IMG/VR virus record: IMGVR_UViG_3300017992_000618
Direction: 5' to 3' (one strand)
From: an uncultured virus (IMG/VR IMGVR_UViG_3300017992_000618)
Taxonomy: Duplodnaviria; Heunggongvirae; Uroviricota; Caudoviricetes
Length of the DNA stretch: 20,000 nt
The notes below the pieces were generated by a model. That model was not told where the DNA came from. It searched no databases and saw nothing but the letters and a program-made list of their open reading frames with translations. Positions 16,524 through 20,000 of this stretch are shown piece by piece. Position 1 is the stretch's first letter; every line of letters begins with the position of its first letter. Made by a program: the position numbers and the translations under genes.

Positions 16524-16651
16524 ACTATCTTTTTACCCTCGATTTTATCGCTATTTAGAGCAAATTCAACATTGCAGTTTTTGCACTCGAATAGATCTTC
16601 ATCGTATTTCTCTGATAAATCCGCACTTTTCCATACTCCCGGCATTGCCAT
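16469..16651 (-). CDS. Small zinc-ribbon protein
   Basis: CKNC...CPVC; AAGGAG SD just downstream of tRNA-Thr. Confidence 0.7.
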   Translation of the reverse strand: MAMPGVWKSADLSEKYDEDLFECKNCNVEFALNSDKIEGKKIVCPVCQRSLKAWQKRWNP

Positions 16652-16668
16652 AATTTACTCCTTAAGAA

Positions 16669-16745
16669 TGGAGCCACCGACAGGATTTGAACCCGTGACA
16701 TACTGCTTACAAGGCAGTCGTTCTGCCAGACTGAACTACGGTGGC
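16669..16745 (-). tRNA. tRNA-Thr (TGT)
   Basis: GCCACCG-TA-GTTC-AGTCTGGCA-GAAC-G-ACTGC-CTTGTAA-GCAGT-ATGTC-ACGGG-TTCAAAT-CCTGT-CGGTGGC-T-CCA. Confidence 0.96.
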
Positions 16746-17035
16746 TAAAAATCATCAAATAATGGATGGTTATCCCATATACTATCACACATGCCTTCAG
16801 GACCATCTACTTCTGCTAATTCATAATCTTTATACCCATTACGAGAACCATTGTCCCATGAAACACTAACGCTTCCGTCTTTAGCTTTAACAACAGTGCC
16901 CTCACATTCATATCTAGAATCTACAGCGGGGTTAGCGCCACCAATGCTGTAATTCCTGTCTGGGCTAGCTAATACAACCCTCATACCCACTTTACAGTCA
17001 TATGTTGATAGTAATTTATCTTCATCAAAATACAT
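16745..17035 (-). CDS. Hypothetical protein, SH3-like (resembles MIB/HERC2 domain)
   Basis: KVGMRVV...EGTV......VSVSWDNGSRNGY. The last G of its TAG stop is G1 of tRNA-Thr. Confidence 0.65.
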   Translation of the reverse strand: MYFDEDKLLSTYDCKVGMRVVLASPDRNYSIGGANPAVDSRYECEGTVVKAKDGSVSVSWDNGSRNGYKDYELAEVDGPEGMCDSIWDNHPLFDDF

Positions 17036-17045
17036 AATAGATTCC

Positions 17046-17123
<78 letters not shown>

Positions 17124-17132
17124 ATAATCATG

Positions 17133-17339
17133 TTAAATAGTTTCTCTGATGAGTGCCTCAACCATGGCCGGAGTAACAGCTTCCTGATATTGTCTGGATT
17201 TGTACGACCCATCTGGCATTTCAACAGTTAGGTTAGCACCACAATCACTATCATTACCGAAGATATATGGTTTGATCATATAGAAATGTACTATCTCATC
17301 TACTACGATCTTCCTACGTCCTTTCTTTGGCATAGCCAT
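17133..17339 (-). CDS. Hypothetical protein (68 aa)
   Basis: AAGGAG SD; MAMPKKGRRKIVVD start. Confidence 0.7.
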   Translation of the reverse strand: MAMPKKGRRKIVVDEIVHFYMIKPYIFGNDSDCGANLTVEMPDGSYKSRQYQEAVTPAMVEALIRETI

Positions 17340-17340
17340 A

Positions 17341-17511
17341 TTATTCTCCTTTTTTGATTTTTATATAGCCTTTTCCTTCACATGTTCGACAGTATTCCAC
17401 AAAATCATGCCCGCAGAATGTAGTAATTGTACCATCACCCAGACAATCATCACATACTTTTATCGGTAAGTTAAATTCTTTCTTGAGGTTTTTGATTACT
17501 TCGACACTCAT
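17341..17511 (-). CDS. Small DnaJ-type zinc-finger protein (56 aa, below the ORF-track cutoff)
   Basis: Hand translation MSVEVIKNLKKEFNLPIKVCDDCLGDGTITTFCGHDFVEYCRTCEGKGYIKIKKGE contains two CxxCxGxG repeats; TAATG overlap with the upstream gene. Confidence 0.75.
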   Translation of the reverse strand: MSVEVIKNLKKEFNLPIKVCDDCLGDGTITTFCGHDFVEYCRTCEGKGYIKIKKGE

Positions 17512-17963
17512 TATCTTATCTCCAAAATTTGTAGCCCATCTATTGATGGTACTGCATTGACATATAATGGTTCTGATACACCACCATAACCATATACCCA
17601 GCGGCCAACTTTTGGTGCGTCTCTGAAGTCTATCATTGTTATAGCTGGTATTATAGTTACGCGGTATTGGACATCATCTTTCAAAAAGCTTACATCCATT
17701 ACCTTATATTCAGTATAACCAGGTGTATCAGATGGTCCCACTTCAACATAATTAGATATATCAAGATAATTGAACCCACTGTCGTCTGGTAGATCAGCAT
17801 CAACAAATCCATCCAGTGGGTGTATACTAACAGAAAAGTGGTACACATGCGTGTCAGTAGGCATACTGCAATACAGATGCTTAGCAGATGCCAGTGGTAC
17901 CACTAGTAGTAGTAGTACTAATACTATAATACTAGTCCAAATCGAAACCAGTGAATGCTTCAT
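17511..17963 (-). CDS. Secreted protein with signal peptide
   Basis: Start reset to ATG 17963 (AAGGAGG SD): MKHSLVSIWTSIIVLVLLLLVVPLASA|K with an ASA cleavage motif; beta-rich mature part. Confidence 0.7.
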   Translation of the reverse strand: MKHSLVSIWTSIIVLVLLLLVVPLASAKHLYCSMPTDTHVYHFSVSIHPLDGFVDADLPDDSGFNYLDISNYVEVGPSDTPGYTEYKVMDVSFLKDDVQYRVTIIPAITMIDFRDAPKVGRWVYGYGGVSEPLYVNAVPSIDGLQILEIR

Positions 17964-18240
17964 CGAATGGTACCTCCTTAAGCACAAAGATGTCTGGAGC
18001 ACCGCAGCCGTAATAGTGTCTGGTAAACAGTATTTCAGATATCTTCTTGATGTTATCATCATACTTGTCGAAGTTTATCTCATCATTGCTCCATATTACA
18101 CGACCGTTGGATAACTCCCTGCCTGGAACACCGAATATCTCTGCACAGCGTTTAACCGCAGTATCCATATCCTCAAATAATCTACAAGGAATTTCAAGAT
18201 TGTTGGCTCCACCTGCTACTAATACTGTTGTCATGATCAC
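17932..18240 (-). CDS. Hypothetical protein (102 aa)
   Basis: Tiles with neighbours. Confidence 0.65.
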   Translation of the reverse strand: MIMTTVLVAGGANNLEIPCRLFEDMDTAVKRCAEIFGVPGRELSNGRVIWSNDEINFDKYDDNIKKISEILFTRHYYGCGAPDIFVLKEVPFDEAFTGFDLD

Positions 18241-18246
18241 CCCTAA

Positions 18247-18381
18247 TTAATTCAAATATATTAATATACTATATTTCCAAATCATAATTTCCAATGTTTT
18301 ATCAGCGCTAGACCAATCAAGCTCCATACCTAATGCTATTACCTTATTATTAAAGTATTTATTTATTTCTACGCGCTGCAT
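18247..18381 (-). CDS. Possible 44-aa protein
   Basis: Hand translation MQRVEINKYFNNKVIALGMELDWSSADKTLEIMIWKYSILIYLN fills the gap; GAAGGG upstream. Confidence 0.45.
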   Translation of the reverse strand: MQRVEINKYFNNKVIALGMELDWSSADKTLEIMIWKYSILIYLN

Positions 18382-18625
18382 TACGATTTCCCTTCATCTT
18401 TATAATGTGTTTCACAACTCTCAGTCCTTTGGGTACAACCGCGTCCTCTACCTTTTCGATATCAATACTGGGATGGGTGTGCTTGATTCTACCCTGTAGC
18501 ATGAGTGTCAAGCCGGCTGTAGTACGATCTCTTTCCACTACATACCGTGTCTCTTTACCCTTTTTAGTCTGAAAGGTGCATTTGAATAGGCTGTATTCTT
18601 CACTTGCTGGTTTATATATGGCCAT
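18359..18625 (-). CDS. Hypothetical basic protein (88 aa)
   Basis: TAATG overlap with the upstream gene; GGGGG SD. Confidence 0.7.
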   Translation of the reverse strand: MAIYKPASEEYSLFKCTFQTKKGKETRYVVERDRTTAGLTLMLQGRIKHTHPSIDIEKVEDAVVPKGLRVVKHIIKMKGNRNAARRNK

Positions 18626-18852
18626 TAAGGACCCCCTATTCGTTTACTACCAAATACTGACATTGGAGTTAATACTTTCTTCACCTTTTGTACAGCTGGA
18701 TTATATAACATAATAGTACCACAATTTTCGCACCATATGACATCATTCTGTGTAGAAAGATGCTTTCTTGGCGGCACCATAACAAAGATAATGGTAGCAT
18801 CCGCATTATTACATTGAGGACATTCTACATGTGCTTTACTTGTTGTATCCAC
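18625..18852 (-). CDS. Small zinc-ribbon protein
   Basis: CPQC...CENC; GTG start with AGGAG SD. Confidence 0.7.
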   Translation of the reverse strand: MDTTSKAHVECPQCNNADATIIFVMVPPRKHLSTQNDVIWCENCGTIMLYNPAVQKVKKVLTPMSVFGSKRIGGP

Positions 18853-18860
18853 GGCTGCTC

Positions 18861-19280
18861 CTATGTTACTAATGTAGGTAATGGTATAAGACCAAACACA
18901 AATTCAGCAAAATCACTATCTAAGTCATCAAGTGATACAAATGTACCTATGTTTATACTGGTATGAGCATTTCTATTCTTCTTGGCACATTTCTTACATG
19001 CGTTAGGCATATTCATGAAAGCTTCTTCATCATTATGAATGCTTATGGCGGTAGATACTTTACCATATAGTGGTGATACTACAAAGAAGCCGGTCACTGG
19101 ATCACGACCCCTAATAGTATAAGAAAACTGATCACACTCCGTTTTCACATTGATTATGTCGCCAAAGACTCTTATGTTCATAGCTCTATGGCATTTTACA
19201 TTACCTATTAAATATAGACCTGGTTTTATAAACAGTCTTTCTGGTTTTGGTTCATGGGATAGTACCATATGTGCCTGCAT
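18861..19280 (-). CDS. Hypothetical protein (139 aa)
   Basis: GAGGT SD; single CKKC. Confidence 0.7.
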   Translation of the reverse strand: MQAHMVLSHEPKPERLFIKPGLYLIGNVKCHRAMNIRVFGDIINVKTECDQFSYTIRGRDPVTGFFVVSPLYGKVSTAISIHNDEEAFMNMPNACKKCAKKNRNAHTSINIGTFVSLDDLDSDFAEFVFGLIPLPTLVT

Positions 19281-19369
19281 AATTACCTCACTTTATAGTT
19301 ATTGTTAATGATATCGAACATCTTTTCTTTTGAGGTAATCCTCTTCATTAACGTATAAACTATATAATA

Positions 19370-19888
19370 CTACTTATTAGTGATATAATCATGATTAATT
19401 ATGTAAGACATATGTCCCTTTGACTTGACCCCAAATTCTTCCATAAGTCGCTTATATGTCCATCCTTCTGCATGTAGACGACGCATTGTAGCTACCTCAT
19501 GGTCGGTAAATATTCTTCTGTCTGTTGCTGCCTTAACAGCGTGTGCATGTCTTTCTTCTGGTGGCCTATCCATAGAATTAGCACTAGCATCACCTATACC
19601 TATATTACTATAACTATTATCCAGGGAATTGCCATTAAGATGCCTAATTTGCACACTTGGTTCAAACGCTTTGTTGCCAAACTTCTGGAATGCTATTAAG
19701 TGATGTACTCGCACTTTATGACGTGTGTTTTTCCACCTAATAGTAAACTCACAATACCCAGAACCAGTTGGATTGACATAAGGTCTTAGTTCATTACCAT
19801 CTACGTTATACAGTTTACCGTCCTTTACTCTGTACCCCATCCTGTAGGCTTGTATTACTGCTTTTACGTATTTGCTATTGCGTTTCAT
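19370..19888 (-). CDS. Free-standing HNH homing endonuclease (HNH_3 / I-HmuI-like) with C-terminal HTH
   Basis: VRVHHLIA...QIRHLNGNSLDNSYSNI...N, followed by FTDHEVATMRRL...TYKRLMEEFGVKSKGHMSYII (HTH). Confidence 0.88.
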   Translation of the reverse strand: MKRNSKYVKAVIQAYRMGYRVKDGKLYNVDGNELRPYVNPTGSGYCEFTIRWKNTRHKVRVHHLIAFQKFGNKAFEPSVQIRHLNGNSLDNSYSNIGIGDASANSMDRPPEERHAHAVKAATDRRIFTDHEVATMRRLHAEGWTYKRLMEEFGVKSKGHMSYIINHDYITNK

Positions 19889-20000
19889 TCAAAACCCCTA
19901 ATTTTAGTTTTTGACCACTAAAACATGTCGACCATGATACTACTATTACCAGTTTTACCAGTAAAAGCACCAACTTATACCTCCTGGCACCGGCTCTCGA

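Noticed and set aside
17900..17936. (AGT)n / ACTAGT short repeats
   Set aside because: They encode the Leu/Val hydrophobic core of a signal peptide.

Overview
This 20 kb window reads as the accessory/metabolic arm of a large tailed bacteriophage. It is about 35-40% GC by eye, densely tiled, and almost entirely on the minus strand, with Shine-Dalgarno sites, overlapping stop/start codons and interspersed tRNAs. In transcription order (right to left) it holds: (i) a zone of small hypothetical and CxxC zinc-finger ORFs with two free-standing HNH endonucleases, a metallophosphoesterase and tRNA-Arg(TCT), -Thr(TGT) and -Pro(TGG); (ii) an NAD+ salvage cluster, pnuC-nadR-HAD-pncA-pncB; (iii) a GC-rich standalone gene with a likely terminator; (iv) a lytic transglycosylase, a divergent peptide deformylase, an Rnl1-like RNA ligase homolog whose catalytic lysine appears lost, two tandem paralogous unknown proteins, a phiEco32-type COOH-NH2 ligase and a class I glutamine amidotransferase (C26); and (v) a class II (CCA/poly(A) polymerase-like) nucleotidyltransferase that the ORF track missed because it runs off the left edge. 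The best candidates for an undescribed system are the two-branch NAD+ reconstitution module, which differs from NARP1/NARP2, and the amidoligase/pseudo-ligase/nucleotidyltransferase operon. All assignments come from motif recognition by eye; no database searches were run.
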